A DNA stretch of 64,000 nt from contig NW_003314261.1 in the NCBI RefSeq assembly GCF_000143415.4, positions 2,677,266-2,741,265 of the forward strand. The letters are read 5' to 3'. The position numbers and the translations under genes were made by a program. This document shows, piece by piece, positions 35,001-46,320 of the stretch (positions are counted from its first letter, which is position 1; each line of letters starts with the position of its first letter). The DNA is from Selaginella moellendorffii. Lineage: Eukaryota; Plantae; Lycopodiophyta. A model generated the notes under the pieces. That model saw only the letters and a program-made list of their open reading frames with translations, did not search any database and had not been told where the DNA came from.

Positions 35001-36971
35001 ATGCGTTTTGATCGGCACGCCACAGCTGAGCTCCTCCGAAAATGCCGAGATCCCGTCCAAGCCCAGGCTCTCCACGCCCAGATCGCCAGCTCCAGCCATG
35101 GAGCCGAGGCGTTCTTCAACAATCTTGTCATTCACATGTATGCCCGGTGTGGCAAACTCGGCGAGGCTCGCTGTGTCTTCGACTCGATGGTCAAGAGAAA
35201 CATCTTCTCCTGGAATATCATCGTCTCAGCGCACACGCAGACAACTGGGTTTCTCTCCACAGCTGCAAGCTTTTACGATCGGATGCCTCGTTGGGATCCG
35301 GTGGCCGCGACCGCGATGATCGCCGCATTTGCCAGTGCAGGGCAATTGTGTTCTGCAAGAGAGATCTTCGACTGGCTGCCCACTCGAAGCACTATATCCG
35401 AGACTGCAATCATGGGCGCATACGCTAAAGCCGGTTTCGTTCAGGAGGCGAAGAAAGTATTCGACATCATCTCTCGCAAAGACGAAGTCTGCTGGAACGC
35501 CATTGCAACAGCATATGCCTCAAACCGGCATTTGCACAGAGCTCGTGGTATCTTCGAAAAGATTCCCCAAAGAAGCAGCGTTTGCTGGAACGCGCTCTTC
35601 TCAGCGCTGGCGCAAAACGGGCATCTTGCGGAATCAAAACAAGTTTTTGATGAGATGCCCGAGCACGACGAATATTCGTGGACCGGCCTCGTTACAGCAT
35701 ATGCCCGTAACGGGCATCTGGGAGATGCGCAGAGAATCTTCCGCGGCATGCCGCGGTGGTGCCCGGTTACGTGGAACGCGATGATGTCCGCGTGTGCCCG
35801 GAATGGGAATCTCCACGAGGCCGTCCGGATGTTCGCGCGGCTCGAACACCCGACCCCCGAGGCCTGGGGAACGCTCATCGCGGGCTACACGTCCAACGGG
35901 CGCCTCGCCGAGGCCCGGGAGCTCTTCGATCGCAGCCCTAATCCGGGGATCACGTCCTGGAACGCGCTCATTACCGCCTACATCGACAGTGGTGATCTGG
36001 CGGAGGCGGAGCGGCTGTTCGATCGAATGCCCAACCGCGCGTCCGCGTCGTGGAACACGCTCATCAATGGGTTCCTCCAATTGGGCGAGATTTCCCGCGC
36101 TAGGCGGCTCTTCGATCGGATGCTCGAGCCGGACACCGCGACCTACGTATGCGTGCTCGCGGCATATGCCCAGAGAGGGCATCTGGAAGATGCGCAGAGT
36201 ATATTCGACAGGATGCCCGAGAAGAACCTCCTGGCCAGGACGGCGATGCTAGTCGCGCACGCCCAGCGCGGGAGACTGGAAGATGCGCGGAGGATATTCC
36301 ACGGTATGGTGGAGCGGGATCTTGTGGCGTGGACTGCCCTGGTTGGGGCCCTTGCCCAACAGGGGCATGTGGAGGAAGCCAAGGAGGTGTTTGATAAGAT
36401 GCCCCACTTGGACCTCGTCTCGTGGAACGCAATGATTGCGGGGTACGCGCAAAATGGACGCGTGGCAGCCGCGAGGTCGTTGTTTGCAAAAACTCCCCAT
36501 TTGGGGCTGCCCGTGTGGAACGGGATTATCTCGGCTTGTGCCCAAAATGGGGATGGGCGTGCAGCACTGGGGCTCTTCCGGGCCATGGCGTGGGAGGGAT
36601 TCGAACCCAATACCGTCACATTCGTGAGCGTCCTCCTTGCGTGTAGTCGTATAGGATCTGTAGAGAATACCGTCGGCTACTTTGTCTCGCTCGTTGGGGA
36701 TTTTGGCGTGGCGGCGATGCTTGATCACTATATGTGCATGGTAGATCAATTGGCGCGCACTGGGCAGCTGGATCACGCCCAGGATCTGATCGAGAGCATG
36801 CCCTTTGAGCCCGATTCGGTGGCCTGGACGATTCTGCTGGGCGCTTGCAATGTCCAGGCGGATGTGGAGCAGGGATCGCTAGCCGCGCGGCTCGCATCGT
36901 CGCTCGATTCCGAGAACTCAGTGCCGTATTTGCTGCTGTCGAATGCCTGGATCTCTGGGTCTCCAATTTGA
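35001..36971 (+). CDS. PLS-class pentatricopeptide repeat protein with truncated E domain
   Basis: Intronless, 656 aa. Tandem ~31-aa repeats (WNA..AYA.NGHL..A..IF..MP), then HYMCMVDQLARTG..MPFEPDSVAWTILLGAC...YLLLSN. No DYW. Confidence 0.92.
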   Translation: MRFDRHATAELLRKCRDPVQAQALHAQIASSSHGAEAFFNNLVIHMYARCGKLGEARCVFDSMVKRNIFSWNIIVSAHTQTTGFLSTAASFYDRMPRWDPVAATAMIAAFASAGQLCSAREIFDWLPTRSTISETAIMGAYAKAGFVQEAKKVFDIISRKDEVCWNAIATAYASNRHLHRARGIFEKIPQRSSVCWNALFSALAQNGHLAESKQVFDEMPEHDEYSWTGLVTAYARNGHLGDAQRIFRGMPRWCPVTWNAMMSACARNGNLHEAVRMFARLEHPTPEAWGTLIAGYTSNGRLAEARELFDRSPNPGITSWNALITAYIDSGDLAEAERLFDRMPNRASASWNTLINGFLQLGEISRARRLFDRMLEPDTATYVCVLAAYAQRGHLEDAQSIFDRMPEKNLLARTAMLVAHAQRGRLEDARRIFHGMVERDLVAWTALVGALAQQGHVEEAKEVFDKMPHLDLVSWNAMIAGYAQNGRVAAARSLFAKTPHLGLPVWNGIISACAQNGDGRAALGLFRAMAWEGFEPNTVTFVSVLLACSRIGSVENTVGYFVSLVGDFGVAAMLDHYMCMVDQLARTGQLDHAQDLIESMPFEPDSVAWTILLGACNVQADVEQGSLAARLASSLDSENSVPYLLLSNAWISGSPI

Positions 36972-37025
36972 GCGTGAAAAGAGCGGGAAGGGGTTAATCC
37001 CCTGTTTTTAGGGTTCCTGGTGGCT

Positions 37026-37753
37026 ATGGCGGAGCTCCGGGTGGCTCCAGCGCCAGTGGTTTTCAATTTCTCCGTGGTGCCCAGGTTGCGCGTGGGATTG
37101 AGGAGCTGGGGGAGATTCTCGGCCGCCCACATTGTCTGCCTCGCGAAGAAGCGAGTGAGTGACCAAGCTCCGGCGCCAAAAGTAGCAGAGCCTGCGCCGG
37201 TAAGCGAAGATTTGCCAGAGGAGGACGTCGTTCTAGAGGGCCTGAATGAGGCAAGTTCTCATTTCCTCTGCGAAAATTTGCGGTGATACCAGTCGTTTTT
37301 CAGCTGGCAAACGATGCGCTCCAAGTGATGCTCGGCAAGAAATCCAAGTCGGTGATGGATTGCCTGGAAGAACTGGATGAGGCGGGGGAGTATCTCGTCA
37401 AGGAAGGGAAGCTGGACGCCGCGAGGTTCGTGCTCGTCATCAAAAACATGCTAGATCACCAAGTAAGTTCTTGCGATCCCTCCAAAACTTTAGAAACAAT
37501 GCTAGAACACAACGCATTGAATCTCTAGGTGATAGCGGAGAAGAATGATCTCGAAGGAGCCTACAAGCGAGCTTTCGAAAGAATTTGGAGCTGCGTCGAG
37601 GATTCGGGATGGTCGCTCGCGATGCCCGAGAACGAAACTGGAGTTGATCTGGTGAGAAATAGAAATTCTTTTTGAAAGCCATTGTTTTGATATCCTCTGT
37701 GTGTTCTTCAGCTAGACGATGAGCTGATTCCCCCGGTTCTTAACCAAAGATAA
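37026..37753 (+). CDS. Small probably plastid-targeted protein of unknown function (4 exons, first intron GC-AG)
   Basis: Transit-peptide-like N-terminus (..RVGLRSWGRFSAAHIVCLAKK). Exons join in frame using a GAG|GCAAGT donor at 37251 and end LDDELIPPVLNQR*. Confidence 0.7.
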
Positions 37754-37852
37754 GGCACATTCCGTCTTCTTTAGCATCGAGGCATATTCTGTCACGTGAA
37801 GTGTTGCTCCGGATATTCCGTCAGTGCGCTTTCTTGCTGTTTAAATAGCCTA

Positions 37853-37861
37853 GAACCCTAG
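37853..37861 (+). promoter_or_regulatory. Telo-box-like element upstream of a ribosomal protein gene
   Basis: GAACCCTAG lies just 5' of the RPP0 ATG and downstream of a TTTAAATA element. Telo-boxes are typical of plant translation-machinery promoters. Confidence 0.45.
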
Positions 37862-37885
37862 CAAAAACCTCTAGCTTTTTTGGCG

Positions 37886-39296
37886 ATGGGGTTCAAGGGG
37901 ACGAAGCTCGAGAAGAAGGAGGCCTACGATCTCAAGCTTTGCAAGTACCTTGATGACTACGGCCGGGCGCTGATCTGCGCGGCGGACAATGTTGGATCCA
38001 ACCAGATGCAGCAGATCCGCCAGGGCCTTCGCCCCGATTCCGTGGTGCTCATGGGGAAGAACACGCTGATGAAGCGCACGATCCGCAAGTACGCCGAGAA
38101 GACGGGCAACAGGGATGTTCTCAACCTCATTCCTCTCCTTGTGGTGAGAAATCTGCCTGTGCGCGTGATCTTTGTGATTTCCCGTGATTTCATCGCTCCT
38201 CGCCGCGTTTGCTGTCGAAATCTTGCGCCTCTCTTCGATCTTGGATGTGTTCTTGGCGATGTCGTGGTTTCTTGAGGGGATTTCGGAGCTGCCTTGGATC
38301 TAGGTTCATTCATTCATTGTAGGGAAACGTCGGGCTTGTCTTCACTAGAGGAGATCTTAAGGAGGTCCGTGAGGTGATCGCAAAGTACAAGGTAAGTTCT
38401 TTCACTTCCGATCGATCTTCTCAAGGATTCTTGAGCTTTGTCTTTCTTTTTCCTAAGGTTGGAGCGCCTGCTAGAGTTGGCCTCGTCGCTCCGATCGACG
38501 TGACGATTCAGCCAGGGAGCACTGGCCTCGATCCATCACACACATCCTTCTTCCAGGTAAAAACTCTAGAATTTATATTTTTTTATCTCGCGATCAAGCA
38601 TATGGTATATCAAGTAAGTTGGCCGCTTGTTCTAGGCGCTGAATATCCCGACGAAGATCAACAAGGGGACCGTGGAGATCGTCTCCTCCGTGGAGCTCAT
38701 CAGCAAAGGCACCAAAGTCGGCTCCTCGGAGGCAGCGCTCCTGGCAAAGCTGAGAATCCGGCCATTCTCCTACGGACTCGTCGTCCGCAGAGTCTACGAC
38801 AGTGGCTCCGTGTTTGATCCCGCCGTGCTCGACCTCACCGACGACGACCTCGTCGCAAAGTTTGCGGAAGGAGTCTCGGCGGTGGCGGCCATCTCTCTCG
38901 CACTCGGCTACCCGACACTGGCGGCCGCCGCGCACTTCTTCCTCAACTCGTACAAGAACGTCCTGGCCATTGCGCTGAGCACCGACTACTCGTATCCGCA
39001 AGCCGAGAACGCGAAGGAATACTTGAAGGTACCTCGTTTGGGATATCTAGCTTCTGGATTTCTAGATAGTGTCTTGGTTGGCCTTCTTTTGTTTTTCGTC
39101 CTAGGTGGTGTTCTTGGTTTGACGTGTTTAGTGCTTCGTGCAGGATCCAAGCAAGTTTGCCGTGGCTGTAGCTCTGGTGTCGGAGGAATCGAGCACTGCT
39201 CCTGTGGTGGCTGCTACAGAGGAGAAGAAAGAAGAGGACGAGGAAGAAGAAGACGATGGAGGAGGATTCATGGATCTTTTTGGAGGCGAAGACTAG
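37886..39296 (+). CDS. RPP0: 60S acidic ribosomal protein P0 (uL10)
   Basis: [84 protein letters not shown], and an acidic C-terminus [21 protein letters not shown]. Confidence 0.96.
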
Positions 39297-39449
39297 AACA
39301 GTTTTGGAACACACCAAAGTTTTGTTTAGACGATCTTAAGTCTTTGAAATTTTGGCGATAAAAATGGTGGCTTGATTAAAAGTTTCCGTTGCCCGGAATC
39401 GAACCCGACAACAACGGATGTAAGATTTCCCCCATTTTTTAATCTAGGT

Positions 39450-40936
39450 ATGGCAATGCTACTCGGGTGGACGTCCTCCGTTGGCGCTCTTCCCAAGATC
39501 GATGGCGGCCGATGCGCTTCTTGCGATTGTCGAGACGAAGGTAACTTATATGCTTCTCCTGTTTCTTTTATTTCGAGCTTGGCTGTTCTTGTTTTGTAGC
39601 AAGGAGTCCAGTGGTCACTAGGCGTTTTGCTCTTATTTCCTCATCGTCGGCAGCCCTACTTAGCAGCAAGTTTGCTTTAGCAGTGTCGGTGGCTTGCTTT
39701 TAAATCCTCGCTTCGTTCTTTGATGGAGAAATTTTTTTTTCTCCTTGCGCAGAAGCGAGGATGCAAAAGACAGTCGCATTCGTGAAGCTTTGCGGAAAGT
39801 TGTGAGCAAGCAAAAAGCTCCTGGTCTTTTGAGGCTCGTGTTTCATGATGCTGGGACTTTCAGCGCTTCCAAAGGTAAAACGAGTTTCTTCTTCATCGCA
39901 AATGTCTAGACATCTTCTTTTATATCATTGAGGTGGTGGGATGAATGGATCTATCATTTACGAGCTGGAAAGACCAGAGAACGCGGGTCTCGAACGATCC
40001 ATCAAGGTAATTGTAATGCACATATCAAGTTAGGCTAAAAAAATATGAGCACTCCTTTTCTTAGGTCCTCAACAAAGCTAGGGGGGAGTTAGAAGGTTCT
40101 CTTCATGGTACTGTTTATCATAGATTCTCGCCATGCTTTCGTGAATTAATTTTGGATTATTTTGATGTTTTCTCAGTGTCTTGGGCGGATCTTATTGCTG
40201 TTGCTGGGTCAGAAGCCATCGTTATCTGTGGAGGACCCTTCATTCCCGTGAAGTTAGGAAGACTGGACTCAAGGTTGGTGTTGACTCTTTACGATGACCG
40301 GAAGACAGTGTATTGACCGTCTAGTTTATGTGTTGATCCAGTGTTGCTGACATACAAGGTGAGCTGCCTAGCGAGGATCTCAATGCTGTGGCCCTGAAGA
40401 AGATTTTTCAAAGCAAGGGTTTCTCGTGAGTATGTCTCGTCAAAGTTCGCTCGAGCTTTTCATGCTTTTTTCTTATCACTTTCCTAATGGCTGCGACTTC
40501 GTCAAGCTTGTAGGACTCAAGAAATGGTAGCTCTTTCGGGCGCTCATACGCTTGGCAGCAAAGGTTTTGGCAATCCCACAGTGTTTGACAACAGCTATTA
40601 CGACGTTCTCTTGAAGATGCCTTGGAGCGATCCTGGTAAAGCTGACAAAGATCAAAGACTTTGACGGTGCATCCTTTCTTTCATTTTTTTCTTTGTTTTG
40701 TTTTGTTTTTCAGATAACAAAATGGCGTCAATGATCGGCTTGCCATCTGATAGAGTCCTGGTCAGTGACAAAGAGTGCCTCCCGTAAGTCGCTGAATTTC
40801 GTTTTAGATGATACTGTTTATTTCTTCGACTTTCAGCTGGATACAAGTATACAAGCGGGACCAGTCGAAGTTCTACACTGATTTCACGTTGGCCTACACT
40901 AAGCTGGTAAATCTAGGCGCGCAATGGGAAGGATAA
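39450..40936 (+). CDS. APX6: Ascorbate peroxidase-related haem peroxidase (APX6/APx-R type)
   Basis: Exons encode KAPGLLRLVFHDAGTF, GGMNGSIIYELERPENAGL, VSWADLIAVAG, CGGPFIPVKLGRLDS, MVALSGAHTLGSKGFGNPTVFDNSYY and MIGLPSDR, ending LVNLGAQWEG*. Confidence 0.9.
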
Positions 40937-40960
40937 AAGTCCCTGGTAATACAATAGAGA

Positions 40961-41236
40961 ATGGTTTTCTTACTGCTTTGTTTTTTGGCTGCCTCTTTGG
41001 CTCTCGTGTTCCCGGCGCAGCCACGTTGCATGTGGGGTGCTCAGAGGCCTCGCAAGAAAGCATATGGCGCTCTCAAGTGCAACGAGGCAAAGATTGACGC
41101 AGACCATGAGTGGTACGACTTTTATAAATCTCGTGCTTCGATTTCTTATGATATTTTCCTTGTCTTTTTAACACAGACATGGGCCTGTAAAGGGCAAAGC
41201 TACAAAACTCCAGACAAATCTTTGGACAAAGCTTAA
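40961..41236 (+). CDS. Possible small secreted protein (exon structure unresolved)
   Basis: The ATG is followed by signal-peptide-like MVFLLLCFLAASLALVFPA and several Cys. I could not build a consistent spliced model. Confidence 0.25.
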   Translation: MVFLLLCFLAASLALVFPAQPRCMWGAQRPRKKAYGALKCNEAKIDADHEWYDFYKSRASISYDIFLVFLTQTWACKGQSYKTPDKSLDKA

Positions 41237-41717
41237 TGCAGTTCTAATGCAGTCCTAATGCAGTCCCCCGGAAGGTGGCATGGATCTGGCGAATGGGAAA
41301 GAAAGCCGAGCAAGGTGGTTTGCCGACAGTGGTTTTTTGAAGATTTTTGCAACTTGTGACAAACACGTTGTGCTGGCGTTTCTCATTTCTGCTGCTGCAA
41401 CTTTGATTGGTACTGAAACCCGGGAGCTGCGGGGAGTGACACTGAAATGCGGTCCAAATTCTTATTTCCGATCACGATGGACGAGAGCGTTATACACATG
41501 GAGCAAAACTTCTATATCGCAGTCGAGAAGGCGTCGTGGTTTGGAGGTCTCTATCCGTCCAACTCGATACCACCCCGAGAAGTCTGCGAACGACACACAT
41601 ACATGCACGAACCGGGTCAAGGCCGGCCTGAAGGAGGGCTGGAAGGAAAAGGAAATGTCGGACAATACTCGCAGCGAGCAGGGACACGTTGGAAATTGTA
41701 GTGGCACCGAATCTTTG

Positions 41718-42935
41718 TCACTTCAACAGGGAGACTAGAACAGTTCTCGGCCGTTTGGAAGGCTGCCGGGCGTGAAGAACATTGGCGTTATCAACGATGA
41801 GGACGTCTCCTTTTTGCCAGGGGAAGGCAACTTTCTCCTCGTCCAGGATCCGCAGGCAGGCATCCAGAGCATCCTGGGGGAAGGGAGAGCAATCTCCAAA
41901 GTAAGCATCAAAGGATCCCGGGGGTGTGGAGGCCTTGAAGACTTGGATGCCGGCGATGGTGTTGAACCAGACTTTCTCGCCAGTGTGTGGATTGATCTTC
42001 ACGCCGGGGCAGGGATTGGAAATGAAACGAGCCTCGTCGTTGTCGAGCCACTCGATTCTGGAACCAACTTTCTCGGCCCTGGAAACAAAAAACGGAGCTG
42101 GTTAGAGGCAGCAAAAAGAAGTTTGAGGCAAAGATGACCAAGCAGCTTTGGACGCGAAGCAAAGCAAAACCAAAGAGAGTGACAGAAAGGAAAACTCGGG
42201 TCAAGCAATGATAGGAGAGAGGACAGCAAGTGGATACCTTTGCTCCGCCTCAAGCTTGTCATCCGTCTGGAACATAGACTTCCAGCTCCCATGCCCTCCC
42301 TGGGCCAGCTTCTTGGAGTATCTCACGCCTTTTTGCGACAGCTCCTCGAGGAAGTGCTCGTGTCCACTCTCCACAAGTTTCTCATACACCGTTCTTCCGT
42401 GAGCAACTAGCGTGCTTCCGCCAGCCTCTTGTGGAGCGGGGCTCTGGCAGAAGAAAACAATCCTCGATGGCGAGTTTGGAAGCTGGTGGCAGGCAGAAAG
42501 TCAGTATCATCGCGAAAAGGGAAGATGAGTGGAACATACATAAGCGACTTCGTTGTGGAAGCCGATGGGCTTGTGGAGCGGGATTCCATCGTTGGCGGTG
42601 AAGACTCTCCCCAGCACTCGCTGCCGGGTCGCCTCTCCCCCGACGCTGTACGGGAACTCCTCGCCGTCGAGGCGCTGCACAAGCTCGTCAAAGTCGGCAG
42701 CGGAGTCGAGGTTGAACCCGCGGAGCAGGACCGCTCCGCTGCGGGCGAGCTCGTTTCGCAGCAGGGATTTGCCGCCGGGCTGCTCCAGCGCTAGCAGAAG
42801 GCTCTGCTTGTCGCTCGACTCGGAGGAACTCGGCTTGAGAACCGCTGGAAAAGGAGCTGAATTGCTCAGGAGCTTCTGCTCCGGGATGCTGCTGTTGGTG
42901 GCAAAGATCGTCGTCGCCACCGGCATTTGAACCAT
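41718..42935 (-). CDS. Clavaminate synthase-like (TauD/TfdA family) Fe(II)/2OG dioxygenase
   Basis: GAVLLRGF, VFTAND..IGFHNEVAY (HxE), VWFNTI and FPWQKGDVLIVDNANVLHARQP (third His ligand). Spliced. Confidence 0.9.
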
Positions 42936-43853
42936 CTTCGCGGAACAGAAAAAAAAAACACACAAAAAGAAGGAAACTCAAGCTCTGCAGCAAAGAAATT
43001 GGAGTAGCGAGGATCGGATCTCGTGAGGCGAGTGAAATAAAATCGTTCTCTTTCTCTCTTCCGGACTGACTTAAAGCTCTCTTCACAGCGAAACCAAATT
43101 GGACTGGGGATTGGACGAGAAAAGAATGAATTGCTCGCCTCTTTTCGGACTAGCTCGCTCGTCTGCTCGAGATAAAACCTTAAAAAACTTGATTGTGTGA
43201 TAGAGGCGAGGGATGTGGTCGCGTATTTATACTCCCCAGCTGTGGTGGACCTGCTGTCTGTCTACCGCATCAAACTGGCGATAAGGTACAGTCGTTTCGT
43301 ACACGCTCTTCGCTCTGTTTAAACGAGTTTGTGAGTAGAGGCGAGTTGGCGCTCGCGGTGGCTTACGTGTACGGCCGCAGCTAAGCTGGTTCCAATTCCT
43401 CGGGTTGTCTGTGACTCGATATTTTCCGAGTGGAAAGAAGAAGAGCCGAAACCTCTCTCGAGGTAACATCTCATCTTCCATAATAGCTTAATTGATTTTT
43501 CCTGGACAAATAATGTCTTCTAATCTTTGCTTGCTGTAGATCCCACGTTTTCGAATTCGTTCCGTGCACGTGGGTGGAGAAAAAGAAATACGGAGGAAAA
43601 TTTCTCCGTCCATTGCTCGAGCTGGAAGTTTGACAACCGAGTTTCTACAGTGATCATAGGGAAAATTCGGTGTGTTTCCCTTTCGCTACTTGCGTGTTAC
43701 GACTGCGATAAAGCAACAATAAAGCCGGTGATAATAAATCTTCACTAAACGAGAGATCTCTATTTTCTTGGATTGCTACTAGCTTTTGCCTGCGACATTT
43801 GTCCCAAGCCGCGATCATCCAGCTGAAAGAGAGAGATGAAAAAAAAAAAAAAC

Positions 43854-43894
43854 AGAGAGAGAGAGAGCGAGAGCGAGAGAGAGAGAGAGAGAGA
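43854..43894. repeat. Imperfect (GA)n microsatellite in 5' region
   Basis: Direct reading of the sequence. Confidence 0.85.
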
Positions 43895-43970
43895 AAGGTG
43901 CCAAAGCTGAGATGTCATTGTTTCCATATGATTTAACCAGCTCTCGGACTTTCGAGGCAAAATCTTTTTT

Positions 43971-46320
43971 ATGGCAACACTGTGCACTCTAGCTCTCCAT
44001 TCCAAGGCCTTAGTCTCGTCTCCTTCCTTGTTTTCTTCTAGAAACTTAACCGGATTTAGGTCCAGAAGGAGGAGCTTTGGAGCAGTGCCCAATGCGAAGA
44101 TTGGCGAGGAGGACAAGACGCTATCATCGAAACAAGGTAAGGTTTTTAACTTTCCCTTGAAGAACACTAGCTAGAGTTTGTAGCTCGTTCTTCTTCTTTA
44201 GAAGATGTTTCGAAGACAACCAAGCCGGAGAGTTCCATCGATTTGGGCGATCCGGACTTCGGATGGGTTCCTGTTTTGCCGCACGTACTCACGGCGGCCA
44301 TGGCGAACTTCATGTTTGGTTACCACATTGGGTGAGCTCTTTCGCGTGTTCTTGAGCGTTGGTCTCTCTGAGTTTTTGGTTTGCAGTGTTATCAATGGAC
44401 CGCTGGAATCCATTGCCCGGGAGCTTGGCTTTGACGGGGACACCATAATGCAAGGCTTCGTGGTGAGCATTTTCATTGTGGGTGCGTTTGCTGGGAGCGT
44501 AAGTGGTGGTGTTCTAGCGGACAAGATTGGACGACGTAGAACTTTCCAGCTGGATATGATCCCGCTCGTCCTGGGGCCTGCTATCAGGTTTGCTCTTTTC
44601 TAGTTCTTGGTCGTGTTCTTTCCCTCTTGTTTCTTCTTGCTCTGACTTGTTTGTGTGAATGCAGTGCGAATGCTCACACAGTTAACGAAATGCTCATCGG
44701 CCGGGCTTTGGTGGGGCTCGGCATTGGGATCAACACTTCGCTCGTTCCTCTCTACATTTCAGAGGTGATAGTTTTTTCTTTTTCTATTTCCGCAAGTTTT
44801 GATCGTAGAGGTTGCTACTTTTCACGTAGATTTCTTTCCTTAACATCTTAGAGCTTGGTTTTACAGATATCTCCCACAAAGTATCGAGGCGCCTTGTGTA
44901 GTTTATGCCAGATTGGTACGTGTACCGGGATTATAGTCTCTTTGCTCCTTGGAATTCCAGCACAAACCGATCCTCACTGGTAGTAAACTCCGTCAACTTC
45001 GGTGATGGAAAAAAAAAACACATATTATACTTTCTTTTTCCAGGTGGAGAGAAATGTTTTGGATTGGCTCGGTTCCTGCCGCATTGCTCATCGTTGCAAT
45101 GCAGTTCGCCGTGGAAAGCCCTCGTTGGCTCGCAAGAGTAAGCAAATGCTTCTTTCTCTTTGAAGGTACTTAAAAACTTCTCGCAAGGAGTATCTATACA
45201 GAACGGACAATGGGAAGAGGCACTTTCCACGATAAAAAAACTGTGGGGTGAGGCCGAAGTGGAGCAAGCGATCCAGGAGCTGAAAAGATCCAGCGACGTA
45301 GATGGCGAGAAAGATCAAGCATCGTGGGGAGAACTCCTGCTCGCACAAAACCGAAAAGGTTCTTAAGTTTCCTCCCTCATTCTCTTAATTTGTTTCATGT
45401 TTTCTATGATTTCTTCGCAGTGGCACTCATAGGTGGCTCCCTCTTCTTCCTTCAGCAGTTCGCGGGGATTAACGGGGTTTTGTATTTCTCGTCCTCGACT
45501 TTCCACGACGCTGGGATTAGCGATGGATTAACAGCCAGCGTCGCCGTTGGCGTTGTCAACTTTGCGGGTAGTCTTTCAAGCTTGGCTGTGTTCTTGTTTA
45601 CAATGGCTGGCTCTTCGCAGGGGCGCTGGTAGCATCGTCTCTCATGGACAAACAAGGACGGCGAAAGCTCTTAATGATCAGCTACACTGGCATGGTACAA
45701 AACAAATAACTAGGCTCGATTCGAAACACTTGTTGTTCTTAACACGTTTATAGGCGATCTCCATGGCTGTGCTCGTAGTGGCATTGGAGGCCCCCATGGA
45801 CGACTCCATAGCGCACTTACTTTCCGTGATTGGAACACTCACGTACGTGGAACGTTCATCTAGTAGTTCTTCTGTAGTTTCCAGGCTTTTCTTTGTAGTA
45901 GACTTTGATGATCTCCAGTACTGAGCTTTGTCCTCTACAGATATATGTTTACCTTTGCTCTTGGAGCTGGGCCAGTGACAGGTATTATCATCCCCGAGCT
46001 ATGCACGACAAGAAGCCGAGCAAAGATCATGGCTTTTAGCCTGTGCGTGCATTGGGTGAGTGATCTCTTTTCACTCTTCCGTTTTCTTCTTGTGTTCTTT
46101 CGTATCAAGACAGAAAAAATCTCATGTTCTATTTCTACAGGTGTCCAACTTTTTCATCGGCTTGTTCTTCCTGACCGCGATTCAAGCGTTTGGCCTTCCA
46201 GCGGTCTACACTGGCTTCGGTGCCGTCTCCTTGGCCACCGTCGCCTTTGCAAACAGCTTCATCATCGAGACCAAAGGCAAATCGCTCGAGGAGATCCAGC
46301 TTCTCATAAATCCAGACTAG
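43971..46320 (+). CDS. Plastidic glucose transporter-like MFS sugar porter (pGlcT family)
   Basis: Transit-like N-terminus; FMFGYHIG, LADKIGRRRTF, VPLYISE, VESPRWL, QQFAGINGVLYFSS, MDKQGRRKLL, FALGAGPV and IETKGKSLEEI. Confidence 0.92.

Noticed and set aside
35042-36966. Numerous overlapping ORFs within the PPR genes
   Set aside because: Expected from high GC content. Only the PPR frame shows repeat structure.
39230-39296. Atypical RPP0 C-terminus (FMDLFGGED)
   Set aside because: Plant P0 tails are known to vary from the canonical P-protein end, so this is not notable.
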